Below are positions 21,912-34,322 of a stretch of 64,000 nucleotides of DNA, piece by piece. Source of the stretch: an uncultured Acidimicrobiia bacterium (GTDB lineage: Bacteria > Actinomycetota > Acidimicrobiia > Spongiisociales > ZC4RG35); contig CAWIXU010000004.1 of assembly GCA_963840175.1 (NCBI GenBank), positions 9,288 to 73,287 of the forward strand, given 5' to 3'. Position 1 is the stretch's first letter. Every line of letters starts with the position of its first letter. The notes beneath the pieces are model-generated. The model was given only the letters and a program-made list of their open reading frames with translations, did not search any database and was not told where the DNA came from. The translations under genes were made by a program, and so were the position numbers.

Positions 21912-23462
21912 GAGCGGCATGTTCCCATGCTTTTTCTGGGGGAGGTGCTCGCGTTTGGTGCGCAGCATCTCTAGCGCCCGGATGAGCTTGCCGCGGGTCT
22001 CGCGTGGCTCGATCACCTCATCGACCAGACCGAGTTCGGCTGCCCGATAGGGATTGTTGAATTGCTCCTCATAGTCGTGGATCAGCTCGGTTCGCTTTTC
22101 CTGGGCGATCGGTGGCCTCGGCGAGCTCGCGTCGGAAGATCACGTTGACCGCCCCCTGCGCACCCATCACGGCGATCTCGGCCGACGGCCAGGCAAAGAC
22201 CATGTCAGCACGAATGCCGCGGGCATTCATAACGAGGTAGGCCCCTCCGTAGGCCTTGCGCGTGATCACCGTCACCCGCGGCACGGTCGCTTCGCAGTAG
22301 GCGTAGAGGAGCTTGGCGCCGTGGCGAATGATGCCTCCGTGCTCCTGGCCGACGCCGGGAAGGAACCCGGGCACGTCGACGAAGGTGATCGAGAGGAATG
22401 TTGAACGAGTCGCAGAACCGCACGAAACGGGCCCCTTTCTCCGACGCCTCGATGTCGAGCGTCCCCGCCAGATGAGACGGCTGGTTGGCGACGATCCCGA
22501 CCGCCTGGCCATCGAGCCGTCCAAAACCGACGATGAGGTTGCGAGCCCAATGCTCGTGGACCTGAAAGAACTCGCCGTCGTCGACGACCAATTCGATCAG
22601 CGTGACCATGTCGTAGGGCTGGTTGGGCGAGTCGGGGATGATCGTGTCGAGGACATCTTCGAGCCGGTCGCGACTGTCGGTAGGGGGGAAGTAGGGCGGC
22701 ATCTCGAGGTTGTTCTGGGGGAAGAAGCTGAGCATGTAGCGCACCGCGTCGAGAGCGGTGCTTCCGTTCGGGAACACGAAGTGGGTCACGCCGGAAATGC
22801 TGGCGTGGGTGAAGGCACCACCGAGTTCTTCCATCGCTACCTCTTCGCCGGTGACGGCTTTGATGACATCGGGACCGGTGATGAACATGTGCGACGACCC
22901 GTCGACCTGGATGACGAAGTCCGTCATGGCCGGGGAGTACACGGCCCCGCCCGCGCACGGCCCCATGATCACCGAGATCTGCGGGATCACCCCCGAAGCG
23001 CGCACGTTGCGCTCGAAGATGCGGCCGTACCCGTCGAGGGAAGCAGACCCCCTCCTGAATGCGGGCGCCGCCGGAGTCCTTGAGACCGATGATCGGCGCT
23101 CCAACCTCCATCGCCAGATCCATCAGCTTGCAGATCTTGTCGGCCACCGCCCGGCCGAGTGATCCGCCGAAAACCGTGAAGTCCTCCGCGTAGACAAAGA
23201 CGGTCCGTCCGTCGATCGTGCCGTAGCCGGTGACCACCGCGTCCCCCGGGGGGCGCTTTTGCTCGATGCCGAACCCCGATGGACTGGTGACGGACAAACA
23301 TGTCCATCTCCTGAAAGCTGCCCTTGTCGAGCAGGTGGTCGATCCGCTCTCGAGCGGTGAGCTTGCCCTGCTCGTGCTGGCGGTCGACCGCTCGCCGGCT
23401 CCCGGCGTGATGGGCCTCATCTCGAGTTTGCGTAGTTGCTCGATGCGGGCTTCGGTGCCCAC
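21912..23462 (-). CDS. accD: Acyl-CoA carboxylase beta subunit (carboxyltransferase, PccB/AccD5-like); frame disrupted.
   Basis: [58 protein letters not shown], and a C-terminus [12 protein letters not shown]. Its stop abuts the accA GTG start. Confidence 0.8.
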
Positions 23463-23496
23463 CAGCCTCCTCCGTATGCTCTCCAGGGCCGGGATG

Positions 23497-24060
23497 TCTA
23501 CACCCTATTCGTCCCACGTTTACGAGGAAGTCACCTCGACCCAGGACGTTGCCCGTTCGCTCGGGATCGACAGGTCCGATCCTGGTGATTGCCGCCCGCC
23601 AGACCGAGGGTCGCGGACGGTCGGGCGCGAGCTGGGAAACGGCTCCGCGAGCCCTGGCCGCGAGCCTCCACTTCGCGCCGCGGAGCCTCGGGTGGCCCGC
23701 TGACCGTTGGACGCTGATTCCGCTGGCGACCGGCATCGCCGTCGCACGCTCTTTGCAGCTCAAATCTGAAGTGGCCCAACGATCTCCTGGTCGCGCCGGA
23801 AGAGAAGGTCGGAGGCATCCTGGTCGAGGCGACCGGTCAGACGATGACGATCGGCGTCGGGGTCAATCTCTGGTGGCCGGACCCTCCAGCCGAACGGGCT
23901 GCGACTATGGACCGACGATCCCGGTGCCTGAGGCTCTCACCGCGCCTCGGCGAGACCGTTGGCGAGGCGGTCTGGGAAGAGCTCGGTAACGGCGCCGAGG
24001 CTGGAGCTACGACGACTACTGCCGGGCCTGCTTGACACTCGGCAGCGAAATCACTTGGGG
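23497..24060 (+). CDS. birA: Biotin-[acetyl-CoA-carboxylase] ligase, divergent from accD; frame disrupted.
   Basis: [24 protein letters not shown] (the BirA GRGRxGRxW motif), then [21 protein letters not shown] in another frame. Confidence 0.6.
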
Positions 24061-24112
24061 GCGAAAACCGAACGCGGCAACCGATCGCTTCGCGATCGAC
24101 CGCACGGATGGG

Positions 24113-24900
24113 TCACTCGTAGTCGAGGAATCCGCGTGCGCCGGCGCAAATCCGCAACTGCCGGCGAGTGTGACGCCTCAACCCGTCCGTTAGCCCAGGT
24201 CCTCGGTGACGGCTGGCGGCAGAGGTGGATCGGAAGAACTCAAGCAAACGGGCGGACATGTCGGCGCCGGCTCCACTGTCGAACTCGGGAGATTCTTCGT
24301 TCCAGAAGTCGTGTCCGGCGCCTTCATAAAGGAGCCAGGTGCCATGCCCGTTGCGATTCTGCGCCTCGTCGACGGTGTCGTTGTCGATCAGCTGGTCGCT
24401 CTCGCCGTAGAGGCCGAGGACCGCGACCGGCAGACTTCCCAGGTAGGTCGGCCACCTGATGCTCGCGCTCCTCGTCGCCCGTAAGCGGGGTGGACGACCA
24501 CGGCCACCGAACCCACCCAGGGTCGCGTGGCGGCCGCGATCAAGGCCGGCCGACCACCGACGTCGATACCGAGCAGCCCAACCTTCTCCGGCAAGCGCCC
24601 AGAAGACGTCGTCGCTCTGGAGGAACTCGTATGTCTCCTCGAGCATCACCATCACCTCTCGATCGCTCGTTTCGGAGTAGGCAGCAAGGGCGTCGTCACC
24701 GGCTACCGCGAACAGTTCCACCACGACGGCTCGCGATCCCGTTGCGGGCCAGATCGCCGGGCAAGGGATTTCTCCCCGGAGGAGAGGCCCCCGAGCCCCG
24801 GGAAAGACGAGAACGACCGGAAAACGTCCCGGCTTCGTCGGGGCGGGAAAGGTACCCCGGCCGATAGCCGCGCTCCGATCGGCACCGCGCTGGGCGCCAT
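24113..24900 (-). CDS. Dienelactone hydrolase-family alpha/beta hydrolase; frame disrupted.
   Basis: RFPVVLVFPGARG, ATLGGFGG (nucleophile-elbow region), and a C-terminal His region, across minus-strand frames. Confidence 0.5.
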
Positions 24901-25054
24901 ACATGATTGAAAAAGTGCCCTCGTGGGGAAGTACTGCCAAAGGTTCTCCGGGTTGGTTTGGAGGAGGCTAGCGATTGTCGAATCCCATTGTCGTGCGCTC
25001 TCCGGGTGCAGATGGAACCGGCGTACCCGTATCATGCGTTCTTAGGGGTATTCG

Positions 25055-26377
25055 ATGACCACTGATCCCGATTCCAGTCCCCGTTTCAACGCGTCCACCC
25101 GCTCCCAACGGCCGCTGGTGGAAGCGCCTGGTGATCGGACTTTCTGGTCCTCGCCAACCTGGCTGTTGGCCTGGTTCTCTTCGCCCTCCACTCGAGCCAG
25201 GCCGCATTTGTCGCCAACGCCACCCAGAACACGGACGTCACTCCCGAACTGACGTTCGGCCCACCGCCAAGTCAGAGCCGCTCACGTTTTTGGTGATCGG
25301 CTCCGACACCCGTGAGGGCCTCGACAGCCTGCAGAACTTCGGCGAGTCGGAGGGGGCGCGCGGCGACGTGATCATGCTGATCAAGCTCTACCCCGATGGC
25401 GGCCGCGCCCAGATCCTCTCGCTTCCCCGGGACCTCCTGGTCGACATTCCCGGCCAGGGCACCGATCGAATCAATGCCGCATACGCCTTCGGTGGCGCTC
25501 CGCTGATGGTCCGCACCGTCGGGCAAGCGACCGGTCTCCCCGATCCACCACTACGTCGAGATCGATTTCGTCGGCTTCCAGTCGCTGGTCGACGAGATCG
25601 GAGGCGTCTACATCGACTTTCCCTACGCGGCCCGTGACGCCAACAGCGGATTGTCCGTCGAAGCGGCCGGCAGCTGCTCGACGGCTCCCAGGCTCTCGCC
25701 TATCGCCCGGTCGCGCCACTACGAGGAATTGCAGGACGACACCTGGGTCAGGTCGACGCCGACGACATCGGCCGCACCCGGCGCCAGCAGAGCCTGATCC
25801 TGGCGATCCTCTCGGAGCGTCAAGACTCCTTCGACCCTGACCGAAGCAGGATCGATCGTGGCGTCTTTGCCCAGCACCTGACTGTCGACTCGGCATTCGC
25901 CCGATCGTCGCTGGTCGAGTTGGCCTTTCGGATGCGTTGCATCTCGGCCGCGACGATGGAGACGGCAACCTTGCCCGGTTTACATCGACGACTACGAAGG
26001 CATGTCAGTCGTGAGCATGAGCCATCCTGAGGCGGACAGCATGATCGTCGCCTTTGCCGAACGGGTCAGCCGCTGCAGCGCCGATGACCGAGGCGCTTCG
26101 TTTGCAGGTCCTCAACGGCAACGGAATCAAGGGCTCTGCCGGGCGATGGGCGACCTCCTCGAGGAACAGGGTTTCGAGGTTGCTTCGGTCGGCGATGCCG
26201 AGCGGAACGACTTCGAGACCACGACCGTCATCGTTCGTCCCGGAGGCCTTCGGCCGGCTCAAGCGCTCGTCGACGCCCTTGGGTTCGGCGAGGTTTCGAC
26301 TGGCAGTCTTGACCGACGGCATCGACGCCGTGGTCATCGTCGGATTGGATGCTGACAGGACGGCCCAGACCGGTTAG
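25055..26377 (+). CDS. LytR-CpsA-Psr (LCP) family phosphotransferase with a C-terminal LytR_C domain; frame disrupted.
   Basis: N-terminal transmembrane segment; FLVIGSDTREG...GDVIMLIKLYPDGGRAQILSLPRDLLVDIPGQGTDRINAAYAFGG; C-terminal LQVLNGNGIKGSAGR...VLTDGIDAVVIVGLD. Confidence 0.7.
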
Positions 26378-26417
26378 CTTTTCCAAACGGGGCGGTATCG
26401 CAGGGGAGTCAATCGGA

Positions 26418-27680
26418 TGAAAATTTCTGTTATTGGGGCCGGTTACGTCGGTCTTGTGACCGCCGCCGGACTGGCCCGCCTCGGTCATGAAGTGGCTCTG
26501 GGAGAAGCCGATGCCCGATCGTGTGCGTCGTCTCGAGAACGGCGAGGTCCCGATATTCGAGAGTGGGCTTGACGAGCTGATCCACTGGGCCCGCGCGTCC
26601 CGCCGTCTCACCTTCCACGCATCCAATCGATGCAGTCAAAGGCGCCGATTTGGTCTTCCTGTGCCTTCCGACCCCGGCCGGCGAGGACGGCCGCGCCGAT
26701 CTGACGTTCGTCGAGGCGTCGTCGACGAACTGGCGCACTCGTCGAACCCGACACGGTCTTCGTCGTGAAGTCGACGGTCCCGCCGGGGACAGCCAGGTCG
26801 CTTCAGAAACGATCTCCAATCCTCGGAAGTGAGGCAGCGGTCGTCTCTCATCCGGAGTTTCTACGGGAAGGAAGTGCCGTCCGACTTCCTGGATCCGGAC
26901 CGGATCGTGATTGGAGCCGTCGATCCCACATGGCCAAGTCGGTCACCTCGCTCTACGACAGTCTCGACACCGAGGTCGTCACCACCGACCCGACGTCGGC
27001 GGAGATGATCAAATACGCCTCCAACTCCTACCTCGCCACGCGGCTGACGTTTGCCAACACGCTCGCCAATCTTTGCGAGGCGGTCGGGGCGGACATTCTC
27101 GACGTCCTCGAACGGCGTCGGTCTCGATCATCGGATCGGGCCCCACTTCCTCAAGCCCGGCCCTGGCTACGGAGGCTCGTGCTTCCCGAAGGACACGCTC
27201 GCGCTCATCGGCGTCGCCGAGGACGCCGGCTATGACTTCAAGCTCCTCAAGGCGGTAATCGACGCCGACGAGGAACAGCGTCGGCGGGTCGCCAACAAAG
27301 TCAAGGCTGCCGCCGGTGGGGTCTGCGGGGACGTCGGATCGCGATGTGGGGTGTTGCTTTCAAGGCCGGCACCGACGACGTCCGAGAATCACCCGCCACG
27401 CGGATTGCCGCTCCTGATCGAAGGAGGGGCCGAGGTCATGTCCTACGACCCTGAGGCTCACGCTCCGAACATTCGCCATGCCGACTCTGCGCTCGAGGCG
27501 GTCGACGGGGCCGATGTTCTGTTGATCGCCACGGAGTGGCCCGAGTTCGCCAAGGTCGATTTCGACGAGGTGGCAGCGCGGATGCGCGGCCACCGGATCG
27601 TCGATGCCCGCAATCTGCTCGACCCCGGCAGTGCGGGCCGCCGGTCTCGACTACTCGGGCCTGGGACGGCCCAACGCCTA
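26418..27680 (+). CDS. ugd: UDP-glucose 6-dehydrogenase; frame disrupted three or four times.
   Basis: MKISVIGAGYVGLVTAAGLA, EPGLDELI, VFLCLPTP, GYGGSCFPKDTLAL (catalytic Cys), and a C-terminus VDARNLLDP...GLDYSGLGRPNA. Confidence 0.75.
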
Positions 27681-27730
27681 GCGAACACATATCGGCGCTT
27701 GCCGGTCGCACCAGATCGGTAGCCCGGCCA

Positions 27731-28340
27731 TCACCCCGGGGTAGGAAACGCCCTTATCAACGCGGCCGGGGTGCCAGCAGCCTTGCCGATGGCGAGTTCG
27801 GCGGCCGCGGCCAGCTCGTCGGCGATCGCTATCTCGGTGACCTCGAGCACGCGGCCGTTCATGTCGGGCGTGCCACGAAGGTCGAGGATCGGCAGCATTC
27901 CTGAGACTCCAATCGCCACGTCGACCAGGCCCATGCGCCAGGCCCGACCGAAGGTGTCGGTGACGATGACGGCGATCTCAATCCCAAATTCCCGTTCGAC
28001 GCGGATGCGGATGCGGTGCGCGGACCGGTCGGGATCGGCCGGCAGCAACACCACCTGATCATCGAGCACGTTGGAACGATCGACGCCGGCATTCGCACAG
28101 ACGAATCCGTGCCGGGTCACAGTGATCACCATGGGCGCCCCGTCGACGAAGGATGGACACCGCTTCCCGTTCGACGACGTCCCGATAGTCCTCTTCGGTG
28201 GGGGCGTCGGCCACGGCTCCTTCGGCTTTGGAGACGACCTTTTGCGTTACGACCAGGACGTCGCCGTCGGCTGGACCGAGGGGTCGCAGAGCTTCGATCA
28301 GCAAGCCGGCGCAGGTCATCGCCGGGTCGAACCTCGCCGA
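27731..28340 (-). CDS. cofE: Coenzyme F420-0:L-glutamate ligase (CofE/FbiB ligase domain); frame disrupted.
   Basis: GDVLVVTQKVVSKAEG and LLPADPDRSAHRIR...VIVTDTFGRAWRMGLVDVAIGVSG...ADELAAAAELAIGKAAGTPAALIRA. Confidence 0.7.
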
Positions 28341-28559
28341 TGCCGGTCAGCGGGTGAGATCGTGATGATCATCAAGCTTGGCGATCTCGAGGACCCGTGG
28401 GCCAACTTGGTGGAGGCGGCGACGTCATCCATTCGGGTGTTCGCCGTGTGGATCCGCGGCCGTTTGTCGGTGTTCATCCTCGCTGTCGCTTTCGTCGATG
28501 ACGAGGTCGGTGAGGAGTCCCGAGTAGGACGGAGATCGACGCCGGCAGTATCCGCACCG

Positions 28560-29290
28560 TGACCCATCGACACCAAGCACTCGGTGGGCCGGTCCTTTGA
28601 GCGCGTGCCTCCGATCAGGGGCTCACGCCGATCACCTGCTCATGGCGGCAATCGTGTCGGCCACACCGGGCACGGCCAGGATCGGCCAGATCGATAGGAC
28701 CGGGTTCGAGGGGCCGATGACGACTACGTCGCTCTGCCGGCCAAGGCCTCCATGACCCCGGGCGCCGGCCGGCAGAAACCCGCTCCGCGGAAGCGCACGT
28801 CGCTCACTTCGTCGGCGTGGCGACGGAAGTACGAAATACTCCTGGAAGGAGATCCAGCCTTCACCGGCGAATCCGGACTTCGGTCCGCAGCGGGTCGTCG
28901 GTCACGGGCAGGATGGTGGCCGCGATCCCAAAGGCCGAGGCCAGCGCGGTCGTCACCCAGGTCAGCGACCACCCCGCAAGAAGACGATCCGTGCGAAACA
29001 GGTTGGTGGCAAGGTCGCTGTCTCCGATCCGGAATGTCGTGTCGATCGGCAGAGCGATCGAGGGCCTTCATCGCCGCGAAGGGATCATCGGCCAGGCCCC
29101 AACCGTGCGGCCCCTCGCGCCCCGCCATGGTGTAGATGATCGTGTCGATGTCGGGCGAGACCGCCAAGCCGTAGATGCGGTCGTCGTCGCCGACGTTGGC
29201 GATCACGGTCAATTCGTGGTCGGGCAGAGCCGCAAATCCACGGGCGAGCTTCGCCCCGCCCACTCCTCCTGAAAGCATTGTCACCCGCAC
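28560..29290 (-). CDS. cofD: 2-phospho-L-lactate transferase (CofD/FbiA); frame disrupted.
   Basis: MLSGGVGGAKLARG...VIANVGDDDRIYGLAVSPDIDTIIYTMAG...GWGLADDPF. Confidence 0.65.
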
Positions 29291-29440
29291 AGCGTGCCTC
29301 CCGACCTCGCTGAGAAGCTTGGCAGTCTCGAGAGAGATTGCAGTCGAAGTTAGGCTGCTCCACAATGATCCGGTCCATGAGCAGTCCGCCGCTTTCGTCG
29401 GCCGCTCCTTCCTCTGGCACATCGCAGGCTGTCGCCCGCG

Positions 29441-31600
29441 GTGGCCGTCGCGATCCTGGCCGCTGACGGCATCGATCCCCAGGGAACCCTGCAGGCCCTT
29501 CGCTCGCAAGTTTATGCGCCAACCCAGACTCTGGTCGTGGGCGGTGCCCACTGGTCGGAAAGGGTCGTGCGAGACAGCTCAGACGTGCTCGCGGCACTGG
29601 CACCTGACGTCTCCTTCGTGTGGTGGGTGCACGGCGATACGCGTCCGCGGCCGGACGCTCTGGGCGGGTTGGTCCGCGAGCTCGACCGCACGGAGGCCGC
29701 TGTCGCGGGGTCGAAGATTCTCATCGACGGCGGCAGCGATCGCCTGATTAGTCGGTCGGTGGGGCAACTGACGTCTACGGCGACGTCTACACCGGGCTCG
29801 ATCCCGACGAGCTCGACCTCGAGCAGTACGACGTGGTCCGTGAGGTCTCCTACGTCTCGGCTGTCTCGTTGTTGGTGCGACGCGATCTGTCTGCGCGGCC
29901 TCGGTGGATTCGACCCTGCCCTCGCTCCGCAAGCGTCGAGCATCGACTTTTGTCAGCGGGTGCGTCTCGCAGGAGGAAGAGTCGTCGTGGTTCCGTCCTC
30001 TGAGGTCTTCCACCAGTCTCCTTGCGCGGCCGAGGCTCCCGGGATGGAAGGAGCAAGGCGGTCGCAACAAGGCGATGCTGGTTGCCTATTCGCCGCTGAC
30101 CCTCGCCTGGGTGGTTCCGATCGGGCGCGCTTGTCGGCTTGCTCGATGGGCTGTCGCAACTCGTTCTCGGCAGGTTCCGACCATCTGCTGGCGACGATCG
30201 CCTCGTGGTTTTGGACCCTCGGCCAGGTGCCGTCGGTCATCGCGGCCCGGGCGCGCATGCGCCGGATCAGGGCGGTGGGAGATGAGGAGCTCTTTCGATT
30301 TCAGGTCAGCGGTTCGTCACGTCTGCGGCGCACTTTCTCCGAACTCGGTGATCGCTTCAACACGGCGATTGACGAGGAGGAGAGCGGGTCCTTGGCCGAA
30401 CGAGCTACGAGTGCTTGGCGGCGACCCATCGGCGGGTCTCTCGGCATTGTCTCCGGCCTTGGCGTCCTGGTTGCGTACTCGTTCGATCTGGTTCAGCGGT
30501 CCGCCTGAGGTGGGCTTCGCGCTGCCACCGTCGGGTTTGAGTGGGTTGGTCGCCTCCTACGGCGGCGGACCCAATCCGGCGGGTTTCGGGTCCGATTTGG
30601 TGGTCCCGCCGGTCGTCGGCCTCGGTTCGATCTGCCTATCCTCTTGCTCGGCCGCCGACCGAATCTGGCCTCCGCCCTTTTGCTTGCTGGCCGCGATCGC
30701 CCTCGCCCTCCTGGGCATGGCGCGACTGGCCCGACGGATGGGGGCAGGGTCGCTCGCGGGCGTTCGTCGCCGGCTGGGTCTACGTGGCCGGGGCGACGAC
30801 GGCCGCGGTCGATGCGACCGCCAACTGGCCCGCGCTGATGGCTGTCGGACCCTTGCCCTGGGCGATCGAGGCGATCGTTGCTCCTCCTGTCCAGGGTCGT
30901 CGACGGGTCGGCCGGTTGGCCGCGGCCGGGTTCGCCGCGGGCTTTGTGGCGATCGCTTTTCCGCCGCTTCTCTGGTCGTGGTCGCGCGAGCGGTTTGCTT
31001 TGGGCCGTCGTCGCCCGCCGTTTCGGGGCCGCTGGCCTCGGTCTCGCGGCGACTGCTCTCGGCTGCTCTCTGATCCTCCCCTATGTGTTGGGGGCCGATC
31101 TCAACGACGTGCTCTTTGCCGGCAAGCTCCGCCCCGATATCGCCAACGAGTGGCTCTGGCTGGCGGGGATCGGGCTCGGCTTCGCGGTCGCCGCCCTCTC
31201 TTCGCCGCGGACCCGGCTGCCTCGATCTGGTGGGCGGGAATCATGGCCGCGGCGGGTTATCTCGTTTCGCAGAGTCCCGACGTTGCCCCCGGGGTGGTGG
31301 TCGTGGCGTTGATGGCTGCGCGATTGGGGCCGGCGTGCTTGCGGCCAGTCTCATCGAAGTCGAGGCCGCGACCGAAGCTGCTCGGCGGTCTCGCGGCCGC
31401 GCTTCTCGCTATTGCCAGCCGTCCTCACCATCGCCCAGGGACGCTTTGGACTTCCCGGCCGATCGTTGGACCGACCGGCTCGACTTCGTGACCACGTTGA
31501 GCGCCGACGAGGCCCAGGCCGCGCCCTGCTCATCGGGCCCCGTGGATCTTTGCCTGGCCGTGCTCGGTCTCTGTTCGGGTTCGACTATCGCACGATCGAC
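29441..31600 (+). CDS. Family 2 glycosyltransferase fused to a large C-terminal polytopic membrane domain; frame disrupted.
   Basis: WWVHGDTRPRPDALGGLV and DFCQRVRLAGGRVVVVPSSEVFH (GT2), followed by about 1.4 kb of hydrophobic segments in shifting frames. Confidence 0.45.
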
Positions 31601-31699
31601 GGGGGCCAGACAACACTGACCCAGGCGTATCTGTCGAGTCCCGGCCCCCTCGATGACGAGCTTGCTGGGTGATCAACGATCATCTACTGGCCGGAGTCG

Positions 31700-33300
31700 A
31701 TCTCCGACCGGGTGCCGCGCCTGGCCCGGCTCGGCATCGAGTGGCTTGTGCTCGTCCCCGGCTCCGAGTTCCCGACCGAGATCCTCAATCGGCAGATCGA
31801 TCTCGTGGCCCGACCGGTCGACACCGATCTCGCGGTTTATCAGAACCTCTCCTACCGGCCGGCGGACCTCGCTCCGGCGTGGGACGGGGTCGGAGCTGGC
31901 GCGCACGCGCCGGCTGGGGTCGGGGGCCTTGCTCGTCGTGCTCGTCGCGGTCGCCTACTGGGGACGCAACCGGGGCCGGCAAGTTCCGATCGTGGAGCCG
32001 GTCCCGAGCCAGTGGATCGGGCCGGTGAGCGTCGGATGAGCGAGCGCGTAGCCCGCTGGGGCATCGTGTTGGTCGTCGTTCGCCGCACTGCTTTTCGGCT
32101 TCTTGCTTCCCGGCCGGCCCGGCGCCGGTCGTCGATCCAGCTGACGATCCCCGGTGACCCGCCCCTATGTGACCTGTGCCGCGGCTCTGGCCGGGTCGGG
32201 ATTCGAATCGACGGTGGGTGTGGTGACCGACTCATCCGTCAGCGGGACGCTCAGCGGGGTGGGGGTCGACAGCCCGGGCGACGACTTCGAACTGAGGGCG
32301 ACGAAAGCTTTCGCTTCGAGGTTGGGAGCGTGGCCGAGCTCGGCGTCACCCCGATCCTGGTTGAACGATTCACCGGTGGCGACCTGGGCGCGGGCGTTCT
32401 AGGGCGAGCAGGTGCGCAGGCGTCGACCGCCGGGTGCCAGCCGGCCAGTTCCGCTCCGGTCGCTTTGCTGGGCATGGCCACAAACGAGGGCGAGCAATCG
32501 ACGGTCGTGCTCGCCAATCCCTTCGCGGTCGAGGCCAGCGGCCGGTTGGTGGGGTCGTCGGAGTTTGGACTGGACATGGTCACCGAGCTCGAGTCCGTGC
32601 GGGTCCCGGCGCATTCGACGCTCACCTTGCCGCTCGGCCAGCTGATGGCCGGGCGTCAGCAGCTCGGCTTCACGCTCTACACCGACGGCGGAGCGATCGT
32701 GGCTGGCATGACCCGCTCGGGCGCAGACATCGCGACCTCGGAGGCGATCGCCGGCGCCCAGCAGTGGTTCGTTCCGCTTCCCGCCTTCGGTGTCCACGGA
32801 CAACTGATCGTTCGCAACCTCGCTTCGGTCGAGGCGACCTATCGCATCGACGCATTGAATCACGAAGGCGTGATCGAGGGCGTTGACAATGGCGCCCTTC
32901 CCCCCGACACCGAGTTCTGGCTTCAACTTCGAGGACCTTGGGGACAAGCGGCGGCTATCTCGTCACTGCCGACGAGCCGGTCGCGGTCGCGCTCGCTTAC
33001 GCGGGCGAGAACACCCGCATCGTTTCGACTGCATCTCCGACTGCCGACCGTCGCCTGGTTGGTACCCGTGTCGAGCAACGCCCCCGATTCCGAGACCGCG
33101 GTCTGGATCCTCAATCCCGAGGAGGCTGCGGTGACGGCGGAGGTGGCCGTCTTCGGCGGTGCCACCACCGAGTTCGAGGTTTCGACCGGGAACGACCTTT
33201 GGCCAGATCGTCCGCTTCAATGGCCGCGGCGGAATGATCACCGCCACCGGCGAGGTTGCGGTCTTCCACGGAGTCCTGAGCGACGGCGGCGCCGCGTCGA
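31700..33300 (+). CDS. Large exported, beta-rich protein of unknown function.
   Basis: Long protein-like ORF 31712..33514, e.g. STVVLANPFAVEASGRLVGSSEFGLDMVTELESVRVPAHSTLTLPLGQLMAG..., AVWILNPEEAAVTAEVAVFGGATTEFEVSTGND. No family recognised. Confidence 0.35.
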
Positions 33301-33315
33301 TGACTCTGGCTCATC

Positions 33316-33640
33316 CGCTCGAATGAGCGAGTTCACCCTTCGGCTGCTGGTCCTGGTGGCGCTCGCCGCGCTGGTTGCGGTGGCGGTGTTCTGGCAACGC
33401 CGGATGAAACGAGCGTCGCCCGTACTCCGGTTTTGCGTCCCGATCTCGGTGCCGGGATCCACTTCTTCGCCTCCGCTACCTGCCGACCGTGTCTCGACGC
33501 CCGCAAGGTGTTGACTCAGGCGTACGGCGAGCGGTTCAGTCGAGATCTCCTACGAAGACGATCCGACCCGTTTCGGCGAGCTCGGAATCTCGTCGGTCCC
33601 GACGGTCATGGTCCTTGACGGCGACGGCAACGGCCTCCTC
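33316..33640 (+). CDS. Membrane-anchored thioredoxin-like protein (CxxC); frame disrupted.
   Basis: Transmembrane segment MSEFTLRLLVLVALAALVAVAVFW, then GIHFFASATCRPCLDARKVL and ISSVPTVMVLDGDGNGL (thioredoxin-fold signature). Confidence 0.4.
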
Positions 33641-33731
33641 TGGGAGGGCGTTCCCCGCGCCCTCCGATCTCCCCCGCTGACCGTACGGTCGCTGGTGGAA
33701 AGGCCACAACGAATCCTCCAAGCGTTCTACC

Positions 33732-33959
33732 GTGCTCACGGTGTTCCCCAGCTGTCTCCGCTGTCCGTCACCGGCCTCGGCCGTGATGATGTACTCGTAT
33801 CCCGACCAGCACATGTGGGTCGAGGACCTCGCTGTCACCGACGTTCCTTCCTACGCCCTGTGCAGCGACCATTCCGCCCGTCTCAGCCCGCCGCGCGGTT
33901 GGACCTTGACCGATCGCCGGACCGTCGCCCGGCTCTTCGCCCCGCTCGAAGTGGCCTAG
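33732..33959 (+). CDS. DUF3499 family small zinc-ribbon protein (position equivalent to the one beside pmmA in mycobacteria).
   Basis: CLRCPSPASAVMMYSYPDQHMWVEDL...SYALCSDHSARLSPPRGWTLTDRR matches the DUF3499 pattern C.R.GC...A..TL.Y.Y......L......YDLC..H..RL..P.GW. Confidence 0.6.
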   Translation: MLTVFPSCLRCPSPASAVMMYSYPDQHMWVEDLAVTDVPSYALCSDHSARLSPPRGWTLTDRRTVARLFAPLEVA

Positions 33960-33965
33960 CCGGCC

Positions 33966-34238
33966 TTGGCGCTCGACCGCGACCTGCTTGACGCGGTACG
34001 CGACCTCGATGCACACGATCTGCGCCGGTTGCTGATCCTCACCCAGGCCCAGCTCGAGACGCGACGGGGTCTTCAACTCGGCCAAACGGCCCAAGATCAG
34101 AATGCGGAGCCAAATGGTCAAATGCGGCAAGGCCAGTTGCGCCGCCTGCCCCCATGGCCCCTATTGGTACGCCGTTTGGTGGGAAGACGGCGTCCGCCGA
34201 ACCCGTTACGTCGGGCGCCTGCTCCAAGACGAATAGAA
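33966..34238 (+). CDS. Small protein with a C-terminal KCGKASCAACPHGPYWYAVWWEDGVRRTRYVGR zinc-binding motif; one frame disruption.
   Basis: This CxxC...HGPYWY...R.RYLG motif is a recurring small actinobacterial domain of unknown function. Confidence 0.4.
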
Positions 34239-34322
34239 CGGCCGCCCAAGCGCACCAATCCAGGCCGGTCGCGGCAGCGAAAACCAGGTAGAAATCCGTC
34301 GTCCGATAGAATCCCCGCCTTC

